A DNA stretch of 64,000 nucleotides from Heteronotia binoei (Eukaryota). The first letter of the stretch is position 1. Every line of letters begins with the position of its first letter. This document shows, one piece after another, positions 49,701-61,266 of the stretch. The DNA is taken from assembly GCF_032191835.1 (NCBI RefSeq), contig NC_083231.1, forward strand, positions 22,444,001 through 22,508,000, written 5' to 3'. Made by a program: the position numbers and the translations under genes. The notes beneath the pieces were generated by a model. It ran no database searches, had not been told where the DNA came from, and worked only from the letters and a program-made list of their open reading frames with translations.

Positions 49701-50558
49701 GACCAAGTTTTGACTAAGCCAGCACCTTGGTTTGAATACTTTCAAATCAGGCACCTCCTTCAGGACCCTAAAGTGGTCTCTTCATTTTCTCGCCCTTCAT
49801 CTGACTATGAACATCTGGTTCTTCATTTTCACGAAGAGAGAACGCCTAAAAGTCTCATTTCACGGCTATATTGAATCCTATTGTCTAAACTCGAAGCAAC
49901 CTTACCTTCTTACACCACCCAATGGCATAAAGACTGTGGCATCATTCTTTCTCCCGACCAATGGGACTCTATATGGGCTAGTGATGCCCTACAATCTACC
50001 ATTATAAATATATCTCAGCAAAACTTTAAATTAATTGCGCGTTGGTACCTTACTCCTAACCAGTTCTCCCACATGACCCAGTTAGGCTCTTCAGACTGCT
50101 GGAGAAACTGTGGGCTCAAAGCCTCTTATTTTCACTGCTGGTGGGACTGCCCCAAAATCAGACCATTCTGGACTTCAATTTGTGCCCATCTCTCCTCCCT
50201 GACTGGGGTCTTGATCCCGGATGACCCAACTAGGATACTTCTTAATCATTGGTCCGATACTCGTCTCTCATCTTCTAAAAAATCCTTGATAGTCAAACTC
50301 CTGACAGCTGCCAAAACCACGATTGCGCAGTCCTGGAAAAAGTCATTGAATTTGACACTTGATAATTGGCTACTTAAAGTCTGGGAACACATTGTAATGG
50401 ATAAAATTCAGGCAGCCATAGACCACAAAGACCCATACCAAGCCTACTCTAAATATCTGGCAACCTGGCTTCCCATTCTAGAAAAGCTTGACACCGATCC
50501 ATTTTATGCTAACTCTTATTCTAAAAATAAAATGTATAAGGATTTCCTTTTGCTATAA
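46702..50558 (+). pseudogene. L1 ORF2p (EN-RT-CCHC), one frameshift and three in-frame stops
   Basis: LNCRGLN/FLQETH, GDFN, RIDY, SDH; YRPISLLN, DIEKAFD, GTRQGCPLSP, LFADD; CWRNCG..HCWWDC. ORFs 46773, 47736, 49512 and 49881 share one frame. Stops at 47733 (TGA), 49380 (TAA) and 49872 (TGA). Confidence 0.93.
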
Positions 50559-51392
50559 AATTCTTTTAACATGTTAATTTCAAGTTAATTACAAGTGTAT
50601 TATATCTTTCTTTTTTCTTTTTCCCGATCTTATTTTATTTTTAAATACTGTGTTACAATAACTACAACTATTATTATCTTCAGTTTGTATTTTGTTTTTA
50701 AATGTTGTTTTCGCTCTGTATTTTGTTTACTAAGCTTACGATGTCATTTCTGTTAATCCTAACAGTAAAAATTTTTTTGCGTTACGGATTGTAAGCTATT
50801 TCTACGTTTCAATAAAATGTTTAAAATAAAAAAAAAAACACTAAGTGTACATCAAAAAGCTGAAAAAATCCACTGCTTCACTAGGGAATCTAAGTCCTCC
50901 ATAAGGTGCATCTCTGTGTAGGAATCCCCTGAATTTCTGCATATGCATAACTGTAATTTGATGTCTCTATGTCCACCAAGAACCTACTTAGTTGGAGCCA
51001 GGGATGAAAGTACGTTTCTAGAAGCCAATACAGACAACTCACAAGGAAGCAGCATCTCTCAATTTTCCCTTTGGCACCTTCCTTTGCACACACAGACAGC
51101 ACCAGGAAGAAACTTAAGATCTCTCAACCTCTGGCCACAGTTTCCCGACACATACCCACAGTCGGCTAATTCACAGAGAGCACTGGGTCCTGAAATTTTC
51201 AGGTGTGCCTGAATGCGTACATTAACTTGATGCATCCAAATCACAACCCAGCCAACAGGCAGCCTTTGCTGTGCAGTGCCTTTATTCGCACATGCTAACT
51301 CCCTGAGGCTGAAAAAAAGATCAAATATGCCCGTGGAAACATAGCAGCACTCATAAGGTGCGCGCACACAGTTCATAACTCTGAAGAAATCT

Positions 51393-51538
51393 NNNNNNNN
51401 NNNNNNNNNNNNNNNNNNNNNNNNNNNNNNNNNNNNNNNNNNNNNNNNNNNNNNNNNNNNNNNNNNNNNNNNNNNNNNNNNNNNNNNNNNNNNNNNNNNN
51501 NNNNNNNNNNNNNNNNNNNNNNNNNNNNNNNNNNNNNN
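51393..51538. other. Assembly gap (146 N)
   Basis: Run of N. Confidence 1.
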
Positions 51539-51816
51539 ACCTGCAGCACCTTAAAAACTAACATCCATTTTGACACCAGCTTGGGCCAGACCTCCCGTCA
51601 GGGGGCCCCCATAGTACCCCATGGCATTGCCTAAGGCAAGCCTCCTTCACTCTCGAAGGGTTGGGCTGGGATAAAATTAGGTTTGGCGGCTCCAAAGCGC
51701 CACGAGACTCCTCTTCCTTTCCTTTCCACCTAGCCAGATCTTGCCCAGCCTCGTTTTCAGTTCACTCGGCTGAAGAGGATTTCCCGCCCTGCCGCAGCTC
51801 ACTTAGGAGTAACCCT

Positions 51817-52299
51817 TAGGGCTGCCAATCTCCAGGTGGGGGCAGGGAGGGGATTCCCCCCGTTTTTGGAGCCCCCCCCCTCAGGGTCATCAGAAAGCGT
51901 GGCGGGGAGGGGGGGAAAGGGAAATGTCTGCTGGGCATTCCCTATGGAGACCAATTCCCATAGTATAACAGCAAACTGATCCGTGGGTATCTGGGGCTCT
52001 GGGGAACTGTTTTTTGAGGCAAAGGCACCAAATTTGCAGCATAACATCTGTTGCCTCTTTTCAACTCCCTCCCCCACAAAGTTTAAAAAAGATTGCACCA
52101 AGAGGTCCATATTTCTAGGAGCCCCAGAAGAAGGTCCTTCTTTATTTCCAATAGAGGGAGGGCATTTAAAAGGAGCATGGGCCCTTTAAATGTGATGGCC
52201 AGAACTCCCTTTGGAGTTCAATTGTGCTTGTCACACCCTTGTCCCTGGCTCCACCCCCAATGTCCCCAGATATTTCTCAAGTTGGACTTGGCAACCCTA
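51817..52299. mobile_element. hAT-Blackjack-like MITE
   Basis: TIRs TAGGGCTGCCAA...TTGGCAACCCTA. Related pieces at 39531-39660 and 40431-40640. Confidence 0.75.
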
Positions 52300-52414
52300 G
52301 TAGTAGTAACCTTAAAAGGGCGGAGCCGCCGCCTCTCACTGTAACAGCAGGCGCGCAGGAGATGGGGGGAAAGCCTGCCCCACGACCCCTCTTGAGCCTC
52401 CTTCCCTGGCTTAC

Positions 52415-52863
52415 CCTCTTGCAGCGCCCGACTGGCGGCTTCCCCCGCTACTTGGCAGTGCCCCTGGTCCAAGAACTCGCGGAGGCGGCGCTGCGTCCCC
52501 GCCCTCCGGCCCAGGTGGGGGACCCATTTATCGGCCAGCTGCCCCACTCGGACGTCGACGGCAGAAGCGTTCCTCACACACGCTGCAGTGGCTCCTCTGG
52601 CCCAGCAGGCAGCGGCGGCAGTAGGTATGGCTGCAGCTGAAAGCCGGCTCTGGCTGCACACTTGCCAGCTCCAGCACACTTGCTCCAGCTCCAGCACACT
52701 TGCTCCAGCTCCAGCACACTTGCCAGCTCTGCACACTTGCCAGCTCCGGCGGTAGCGCTCCACCCGGCAGGGCTCAGGCCCAGCGGCGCGGAGTAGGCGT
52801 CCAAGCCAGGTGGCCGCTCCATGCTAGCGTTGTCCCGCGCTGCAACAGGTGTTTCTGCACCAT
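52415..52863 (-). pseudogene. LONRF-like exon 1 (TPR, RING1, TPR helix), frameshifted
   Basis: ATG at 52863. Three reading frames are needed to follow the LONRF1-like alignment. Ends in a GAGG|GTAAGC phase-1 donor, matching the phase-1 acceptor at 37735. Confidence 0.8.
52655..52748. repeat. ~20-bp minisatellite inside exon 1
   Basis: Tandem TGCTCCAGCTCCAGCACACT and shorter variants. Confidence 0.9.
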
Positions 52864-52904
52864 TGGCGAGCCCGCCAGCCTCACGCCGCTGCTGCCGCCA
52901 CCAT

Positions 52905-53220
52905 CCATTCCTCCTTGTTGTTCTCTTCTTCCTCGTTCTCCTCCTCATTGTTCTTTTCTTCCATTCCTCCTTGTTGTTTTCTTCCTCCTCCCATTCTTCC
53001 TCCTTCTCCCAACACCTCCTTGTTCTTTTCTTCCATTCCTCCTTGTTGTTCTCTTCTTCCTCCCATTCTTCCTCCTCCTCCCACTCCTCCTTGTTCTTTT
53101 CTTCCATTCCTCCTTGTTGTTCTCTTCCTCTTTCCACTCCTCCTTCTGCTCTTCATCCGCCTTCTTCCAGTCCTTCTCCGCGCTTCTCCTGCTCCTCCAT
53201 CACCACCGCCACCACCACCT
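52905..53220. repeat. Pyrimidine-rich low-complexity tandem repeat (TTC/TCC units)
   Basis: Repeated CTTCCATTCCTCCTTGTTGTT(C/T)TCTTC units. Confidence 0.9.
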
Positions 53221-54260
53221 CTCGCTAGGAGAATGAACGAAGGCAGTCGGTTGAGGCTCTCGCCACCCTCCTCCGCGGGTTCTAGAGCGGAGAGAGAACA
53301 AAGGGGAGCAGAACTCGGCCTCTTCTCTCCCCCTATCGCGGCTGGCTGTCATCGAAGACCGCGTCCTCCCCAGACTCCCTACAAAAGCCGGCTGACAGCT
53401 GAGCCGCGAGGAAAGGGGGCGTGGCAATAAAAGATAAACAAGGCCACGTGCTTAGCTCTGCCCCACGTCTTCGTCCCTCGGCTGGAGGGGGCGTGGCTGA
53501 GTGCTCAGAAGGCACGGCCAGATTGGGAAGGGGAGGTTCTGAGCTCTGGTCTGGGCGAATAGCAGGCTTCCAATGCGCCCCCTGGGGCCTGCTGGAGCGC
53601 TACTGAGTTGCTTTAGACCAAGGGTGGGAGCCTCCATCCTGAGGGCCGAATATGGCCCTTGAGGTCACTTGGTGTGACCCTTGGGGATTGCTGGATAGAT
53701 CCATAGATTGCCATGTGGCAGCCTCCCTGGGGCCTGGCTGGCCAGTGAGGATTGTGGGGCCCAGCCGTGCCATGCAGCAGCCTCCCTAGGGCCAGGCAGG
53801 GATCACAGGGCCCAGATGTACTGTCGGCAGTCTTCCTGGGGCCTGGCTGGCCAACCAGAATTGCTGCAGGGCCTGGAAAAGTTACTGTCACAGTTCAGTT
53901 TGCACTTGATTATCCCAGATGGTGTGGCCTAATATGCTAATGAGTGTGTGATCTAATATGCTAATATTAGGGGATGTGGTCTAATATGCTACTGAGTTCC
54001 TGCTGGACTTTTACTACAAAAAAGCCCTGGACCTATGCATTTACCTAAGGTGGCGGGCTGTGTGTGTGCGCGCGTGCCAGATTAGGCTTTCCCCACATGA
54101 CTTTAATAAATAGAAAAACAATTATTTGCATTAATTTTGCTGGCCTGAATCATTCTCCCTCAGTGGAGCACTGTTTTTTAAGTTGATAGTTTTTTATGGC
54201 CCGCAAATGATATTACAAATATCCATATGGCCCTTGGCGGAAAAAGGCCCTGCTTTAGAC

Positions 54261-54575
54261 CAGGGGCAGCCAAACTTTAAGCCACATAGAATAAACATCA
54301 GATGCTTGAAAGCCACAAGTCATGAATGTTAGATGTTTGAGAGCAACGAGACAGGGAGGGAGGGTGGAAAACAGATCAGGAGAGGGAGGGGAGAGGGAAA
54401 GAAAGAAACTGTAAATACATTCTCTAAGTTGCCGGCTGGCTTGGCTCGATGAAGTGATTTAAAGAGAGAAATGCCTTCTCCAAGTCAGCCAGTGGGGTGG
54501 TGAAGGCTTCAAGAGCCTCACAATATGTGTGAAAGAGCCACATGTGGCTCCTGAGCCACAGTTTGGCCACCCCAA
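54261..54575. mobile_element. hAT-type MITE
   Basis: CAGGGGCAGCCAAACTT...GTTTGGCCACCCC. A sister copy is at 56648-56959. Confidence 0.75.
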
Positions 54576-55166
54576 ATATAGACCCAACCTAACTGCTCAT
54601 TGGATAGTTTCAGGTGGGTAGCCGTGTTGGTCTGAAGCAGCCCCGTTGCTAGGGGCTAAGGGGGGGGTGGTAAATCATGGCAGCTGTCGACTGCTCCAGC
54701 TGCCCCTTCCATGCAGTTCAGACCCCCCACTGATCACCTGACCTGTGGGCCCTTTAAATAGCATAGGAGGGGCAGCGGCTGCTCCATCCTGGGCACCTTT
54801 CCCATTAAATTTAAATAATGCAGGAGGGAGAGGGGCAGCCTGGGGGTGAGGCCCTCTCCCCAAAAAAGCCTGTCAGGTGGCCAGGCCCCATGGGCCCCTG
54901 GTTAGCTACAAGCCTGGTCTGAAGCAGCAGGACACAGTTTGAGTCCAGTGGCGCCTTTTCGGCCAGCAAAGTTTTATTCAGGATATGAGCTTTCATGTAC
55001 CTGTCCTGGAGAAGTGTGCATGCACACAAAAGCATATCCCTTGAATAAAATTCTACATAGGATTGCACCGTGAGGTCTCATTGAACCTGCTTGACCTCTT
55101 GCAGGAAACTGTTGGGATCACAAGGATACCTTAAAAGCTGCAAAAGCAGCTCTCCTTTGTTTAAAA

Positions 55167-55465
55167 AGGTAAAAGTAGTCCCCTGTGCAAGCACCAGTCG
55201 TTTTTGACTCGGGTGACATTGCTTTCACAACGTTTTCACGGCAGACTTTTTACAGGGTGGTTTGCCATTGCCTTCCCCAGTCATCTACGCTCCCCCCCCC
55301 CCCCCAGCAAGCTGGGTACTCATTTTACCGACCTCGGAAAGATGGAAGACTAAGTTGACCTGGAGCTGGCTACCTGAACCAGCTTCCACTGGGATCAAAC
55401 TCAGGTCGTGACCAGAGGGCTCCAACTGCAGTACTGCAGCTTTACCACTCTGCGCCACGGGGCTC
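55167..55465 (-). mobile_element. Sauria SINE
   Basis: Reverse complement of the 43392-43690 family (AAAGGTAAAAGTAGTCCCCTGTGCAAGCACC...GCGCCACGGGGCTC). Confidence 0.92.
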
Positions 55466-56647
55466 TTCTCCTCTGTTTAGGATTAGCTAATTTGTAAATT
55501 ATAAGTCTGATTCTGACCTAAGTGGCTAGTGATAAGACAAATGAAAACATTTGTTCACAATAGCATTTATGTCGGAAATTATGTTCTGCTAAAATAATTC
55601 CCCAAAGCCTATTACATTTAAGAGAAAAGTTTGAGAAGTACGGCGTGTCTTCACACATGGAAACGTGTTGCATCTCCAACTGCGGGCTCCCTGTCAAAAC
55701 GGGGTGAAGGGCAATAGAACTGCCTGCTAACTGACTCCCATCTGATGTGTCAATGCAAGAGGGCTTTCAGTTTTCTTCACAGGAGGATGGCTAGTAGAAC
55801 TGCAAAGGTGGAGGACGCACCAATATAGATGCAGGATCCTTTGCAGTTGTAGTCACCTTGAAAGTGCTACTGGGCTCCAACTCTGTTCAATTGCTTCAGA
55901 CCAACACAGCTGGCCAACTGGTGCTAGGGTTTTTGGTGCCCTAGGCGAGCTGCCCACTAGCGTCCCACCCACCCCCACCCCCCGAAATTTAAAAAAACAG
56001 AATTGTAGGAGAAATGAAGAAAAATGAAACTATTTACATTTTTAATTTACAGTTTTTTTATTTTAAATTTTAATTGGCTTTTTTTTAAATTGTGAGATTA
56101 AGCAATAAAAATTGTGAGACTACTACTTGATCCTTTTAGCTGGAGGTGCCAGGGACAAGACCTTCACATGGCCATTTATATTTGATCCTTTTAGCTGGAG
56201 GTGCCAGTGACAAGACCTTGTGCATGCGAGAAAGATGCTCTACTGTGCACTGAGCTATGGCTTCCACCTCATAGCTGTTAAAGTAGAGTAGGAAGGATGA
56301 GTGGCAGCATGCAACTTCAACAGGAGCCAATTTTTAGAAACTTTCATTGGCTCTTCTTCAGCTTTTACAATTGGTTAATTTGTCCCTGCCGGGCTTTGAG
56401 GAGTGCAGTGTGCAGGTGCCATCCACTTTCATGTTTCCTGAGTCTGTAACAGACCCAGGGAACATAAAACTGGTCGGGCAGCATCTGCGCTCCATGGAGC
56501 CTTCTTTCTGTTGGGGAAGGCAGGCTCCAAGGAGCACACATGCTGTGTGTGGGGAGCGGGGTGCCTGGTGGTGGCTCTAGGCCAGGTGGCGCTCTAGGCA
56601 GCTGCCTACTTGGCTTACTCCCATGCACCACTCCCATGCACTATACA

Positions 56648-56959
56648 TCAGGGGTGGCCAAACTTGCTTAATGTAAGAGCCACATAGAATAAATGTCAGA
56701 TGTTTGAGAGCTGCAAGACATGAACGTCAGATGTTTGAGAGCTACAGGACAGGAAGGCAGGCAGGCAAATAGACTAGGGGAAGGAGAGATGGAAAGAAAG
56801 CAACTTTAACTTGAAATGCATTGTCCAGTCTGCCAGCTAGCTTGGCTTGCAGAAATGATTTAAGGAGACAAATGCCTGCTTCAAGCCAGCTAATGGGGCA
56901 ATAGGGGCCTCGAGAGCCACACAATATGTCTGAAAGAGCCACAGTTTAGCCACCCCTGA
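56648..56959. mobile_element. hAT-type MITE
   Basis: CAGGGGTGGCCAAACTT...GTTTAGCCACCCCTG. Confidence 0.8.
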
Positions 56960-57159
56960 TCTATATGAAAGGGGATATTTGCAAAACGGAATAACTAATT
57001 GCCGACTGTCAGGTGTTGGCACTGCATAACCAATAGGTGGCACCAAAGGAGTTTCCAGCGGACGCGGTTCTTTGCAATGAAATGGGAGGGAAGGGAATAT
57101 TTTGGCGTGAACCGTAATTGCTAGATCGGCATTTGATGGTGTGATATAAAACTGGTGAT

Positions 57160-57670
57160 GTGGCATGCTTTAAAGCCCTATATGGCCAAGGACCGACCTA
57201 CCTGAGGGACCGTCTCTCCCCATATGAGCCCCAGAGAGCACTGAGGTCAGTGGGGAAAAGCAGACTGAATATCCCTGGGCCAAAAGAAGTTAAACTTCAA
57301 AGCACCCGCACCCGGGCCTTTTCTGTTGCGGCCCCACAACTCTGGAACCAACTCCCAGAGGAGGTGCGGGCCCTGCGGAACTTAGACCAGTTCCGCAGGG
57401 CCTGCAAGACCGCCCTCTTCAAACAGGCGTTCACCAATAACTGAATTAATGTTTACCGCCAGATTAGTAACGTTTACCGCCAATGTTGACTTAGGAATGT
57501 TTTAATTAATTATTGATTATTGACTGATTTTAATGTGAATTTTAATGTGAATTTAATGTTTTTATTACTATTGTTTACCTGAAATGCTGTTAGCCGCCCT
57601 GAGCCTGCTTCGGCGGGGAGGGCGGGATATAAATAAAATTTTACATTACATTTACATTACATTACATTAC
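57160..57670 (+). mobile_element. L2 LINE 3' end
   Basis: FKALYGQGPTYLRDRL..RAFSVAAPQLWNQLP. Tail TGTTAGCCGCCCTGAGCC plus (TTACA)n. Confidence 0.9.
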
Positions 57671-58440
57671 ATGCTTTATTGAACCAACTTTATTTTTCAA
57701 GATCTGGAAGCTAAGGGTTAAGACTGCTGGTTAAACAGAAAGTAGAGGCGGTACATGCCCAGCATGGAGAAAGAGGAGCCATGGGGGACTGGTGGAAGGA
57801 AAACAGCACCAATGTGGAACCTTTGAAAACATGCATCTTCCTGGTAAGCTGGCCTGACCCAATGTCTGGAGCAAGCCCTTTCCATTAACACGGCAGAACA
57901 GTAGGTTTAAGAGAGAGCTGGGATCTCTTGTATGGCCCACCACCACCAAGGTGATTGGCAGTTGAAGTCTTGCAAGGCTGAGGTGGTGGATAGAGTTCAT
58001 GGGTGGGCCCTACTCCTGCCCTAGAGATGGCCCTGGCCCCTCATATGGGAATTCAAAGGGATCTAGTTGGCTACTGTGGGAAACAGGATGCTGATCCAAT
58101 AGAACTGTTCTTTTTCAAAGACTGTTACAGTGATGGTAAGAAACTCGATCTAATCAGCTGAAGTGCCTATATATCACTCAATTGATATGATACATTACTA
58201 TGGATGTTACTCAGTCTTAAAGTATATCAGTTTACTGGGTTCAGGGGGTTGGGGTTATTTATTTATTTATTTTAATAGATTTTTTTATTCCACCTGACCC
58301 CACAAACAGGCTCAGGTTGGATTACAACATAGATATAATACAATAATTAAAATAGTTCAGTAATTAAAACAATTAAAACCATCTAGCAGGAGACATGAAT
58401 TAATCCATTTACCGCAGCCCCAAAGCTTTTTATTAACATT

Positions 58441-58537
58441 TCATCCTTCTAGTTGTTTTGTTTTAAAATACTTTGGTGTGCTCATGTGAAAGTGATGATT
58501 CTGCTCATAGTTGTGTCCCTCTTTGTAGGATCCAAAC
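58441..58537 (-). CDS. CWH43: CWH43 terminal coding exon
   Basis: TTTCTATAG acceptor. (R)[31 protein letters not shown] matches the recalled human C-terminus [25 protein letters not shown]. Confidence 0.9.
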
Positions 58538-59099
58538 CTATAGAAATATAAGCAAGAAAAGTTCTTAATATTTCATACAGTATGACAATTGCAGTCTTAT
58601 AGCAGAGTAAATAATTCCTCAGTAGCAACTGAGTTTATGAATTGGAAATTAGAGATTATAATTTCACCACGATCCTTTTGTGTCTTGTAATCTTCTGTTT
58701 TCTCATGCATTTGGAGAACTTTTATATGCTTACTTGGAAGTCAGTCATATTTAGAGGTACTTACATTTGAGTGAACGTGCTCACAATTGTGTTGTGTGTC
58801 CCACTGACTTCAAAAAGGAACGAAATGAGTATGTTACAAGCAGTTCACATTGACTTCAATGTGAATTGCATACAACATATTCATTTAGCTCATTTTATCC
58901 CACCTTTCCTTCAAGGAGTTCATGTGTTAGTCTACCTCCTCCATTCTGCCCATACAACAACCCTGTAACCCTGTCAGGTTGGTTATGGTGAAAAACTGGC
59001 TGACTGACCCAGTATCATATAGCAAGCTTCCATGGCCGTGTGGAGATTTGATTGCACCTAAAAATATAGCAACACATTTTATTATTCTAGCACACTAAC

Positions 59100-59255
59100 C
59101 TGGAACTGAAGTGTACTTCTGCTGGAACTTCGCTGGGGTCAATAGTGATTTTGTCATTGTCTATGTAATTCATTGCATCATCTGGGATTCCAAATTTTGC
59201 CATCTGAAGTTCAGAATCACTCAGAGTAGCGTGAGAAATTCGAGCATAGCCCAAC
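59100..59255 (-). CDS. CWH43: CWH43 penultimate exon (156 bp)
   Basis: AG|..|GTTAGT, phase 2 to 2. (R)[51 protein letters not shown](R). Confidence 0.92.
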
Positions 59256-60251
59256 CTGCCATAAAAATATACTTTTGTTTAAAAACAATAATTGCCTCAT
59301 TCCAATTTTTCACCCATTCAAGATTCCAAATCAGCGTTTGGCCATTTCAGAGGTGAACTTTTAAACTTGTCACTCTTTTAAACAAGCAGCAACTGACATT
59401 TACCTGCATACAGTATACCGTCTCTCAAGTCTAAAAAGACCTTGTTTAGAAGTCCATAGCATGAAAGCATGACTTTATGTGATTTAATACTTGGGGTGGT
59501 TTTCTCCACCCTAGCTTCCTTCCTAAGGAGCGTCCACATGATGTCAGTCTCTCTTCCTGTTTCCATGTGTTCCCTCCAGTGTGTGAATCTTTCCCAAACC
59601 TGATATACTTTTTTGTTTTGTTTTGTTTTTAAGATTGTCGTCAAAACACCTTTGGACACCATGTGAATAGGAAGGTGAATATTTTTCAGATCCTGCCCAT
59701 ATTAATATCATTTTACTTAAGTCCCAGTGATGGTCATTCCCTGCACACATTCCCAAAGAAAGGTTTTTTGGCGGGGAGGTTAAATAATAATAGCTATATT
59801 CTTATAGCATTATAAAGCTATAGCAATCTATAGCAACAATGTACCAATTTCCCAGTTCTTTTGGTAGCCGAGTTATAAGAGGCTGCACATTATCTTCTCG
59901 TTGCCATTTTGATACAAGGGTCTACTTGCAGCTTGAGATCCTTGAGCTCCCAATTCTCATGTTATTTCCCTCCCCCCAGGAATGCTTTAGACTGCAGGAA
60001 CCACTCCATTAAGACCTAGCCAGCAGCACCCATGAAGGGTGGTCAAGCTCACTTTTTGCCGCCTCCTGTATTGCTGCCAACTGGTTATCAACCATCAGCA
60101 GTGCAAGAGGGGGCAACAGGTGAGACCATACCCACTCTTGGTACCACTGGGCAAGGCTGTGCTGAGTGGCCCTTGAGGCACTGGTAAAGCTACTGGGGCT
60201 TGGCTCTGCTTTCTCCTGGCTGTCTATTGGCCCTCTAGGGCTGCAGCCCAT

Positions 60252-60409
60252 TGGAAACGGATAAAAGGAAGTACTTCTTCACCCAAAGGGTGATTAACAT
60301 GTGAAATTCACTGCCACAGGAGGTGGTGGCGGCTACAAGCATAGCCAGCTTTAAGAGGGGATTGGATAAAAATATGGAGCAGAGGTCCATCAGTGGCTAT
60401 TAGCCACAG

Positions 60410-60446
<37 letters not shown>

Positions 60447-60522
60447 ACATACATTGGCCACTGTGTGACACAAAGTGTTGGACTTGATGGGCATCCAACA
60501 TGGCTTCTCTTATGTTCTTATG
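60252..60522 (+). mobile_element. CR1 3' end containing a (TA)n(TG)n microsatellite
   Basis: AGGAAGTACTTCTTCACCCAAAGGGTG..AATTCACTGCCACAGGAGGTGGTG. Tail TTCTTATGTTCTTATG. Confidence 0.85.
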
Positions 60523-60949
60523 AAACAATCCCTATAAATGGCCAGTCTGGCCCACAGTGCAATCCTAATCAGAGTTACACTCTTCTAACCCCATTAATTT
60601 AAATGGATTTAGATGGGTATAACTTTGCTTATGATTGTTACTCACATAAATGGGGTTTTCAGAACAAGATCACTGCTCCATGAACTGTGTTCCAGATTCT
60701 TTCTTCCGCATATTTGTCTGCCTTTTTTCCTTACCTTCTGCCAATCCAAACCTTACCAGAATTCTGCAAAACTTAAAACACACTACAGTGTTAAGACAGT
60801 CCACACTGTTTGCTGGTTTACGGTATACAACTGAATCTGAATTCATAATTTGAATCAGTTTGCCTGATCATATGGGCTGCTAATGAGAGACTATACAGAG
60901 TGTGGGCTACAAAGTACTTCCAAGAAAGAAGGTCACGACTCTGACATAC

Positions 60950-61011
60950 CTTATTAATCCACGATACATGATATAACTGCACCACCTGTCATGATCTGTG
61001 CTGTCAATATC
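60950..61011 (-). CDS. CWH43: CWH43 exon (62 bp)
   Basis: CTAG|..|GTATGT, phase 0 to 2. [20 protein letters not shown](R). Confidence 0.92.
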
Positions 61012-61266
61012 CTAGCAAGGAAATGCACCAAAAAGAAGAAAAAATGGGTAAGGAAAGTAGCATCTTCATGCTTAAAGTTTAGCAAAGGACTACGACTGAA
61101 CTGGAACTCAAATTTCCCACTCTATGCAGAAATCAGATATACAGAGGAATGGAAAGGTTAAAATACTATTTATAAAATTATTTTGAAGTATTAGGTTGTG
61201 AACAATAAATAAGGGCTATGGCACTGAGACGTTAGAGGAACCAGGTGTAACATCAGTGGATTTAGA

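Larger units (their letters stand above)
44898..50835 (+). mobile_element. Full-length L1 (~5.9 kb)
   Basis: G-run 5' end, ORF1, ~720-bp spacer, ORF2, AATAAA and polyA. 10-bp TSD AAACACTAAG at a TTTT/AAA endonuclease site. Confidence 0.96.
9330..52863 (-). pseudogene. LONRF1: Unprocessed LONRF1-like (TPR-RING-LON) pseudogene, exons dispersed among TEs
   Basis: Exon 1 gives HLLQRGTTLAWSGHL/LDAYSAPL, CSHTYCRRCL..CSVC and VGQLADKWVP..LREFLDQG..AASRALQE, colinear with LONRF1 exon 1. A 119-bp exon-2-like segment is intact. Further remnants of the LKRK-S-LE, RING2 and LON exons follow. There are multiple frameshifts and stops. Which paralog it is remains uncertain. Confidence 0.8.
52300..53620. 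promoter_or_regulatory. CpG island / putative promoter of the LONRF-like locus
   Basis: GC- and CpG-rich non-repeat sequence, unlike the CpG-poor flanks. GGGGCGTGGC GC boxes near 53417 and 53488. Confidence 0.7.

Noticed and set aside
51059-51376. 105-aa minus-strand ORF as a missing LONRF exon 2
   Set aside because: The phase-1 frame has stops and no convincing similarity. A real exon could be hidden in the adjacent N gap.
52655-52748. CRISPR-like array
   Set aside because: Head-to-tail minisatellite with no unique spacers, in a eukaryotic context.
52574-53430. E/K/W-rich and L/P/S-rich ORFs
   Set aside because: These are translations of a low-complexity pyrimidine repeat that is open in several frames.
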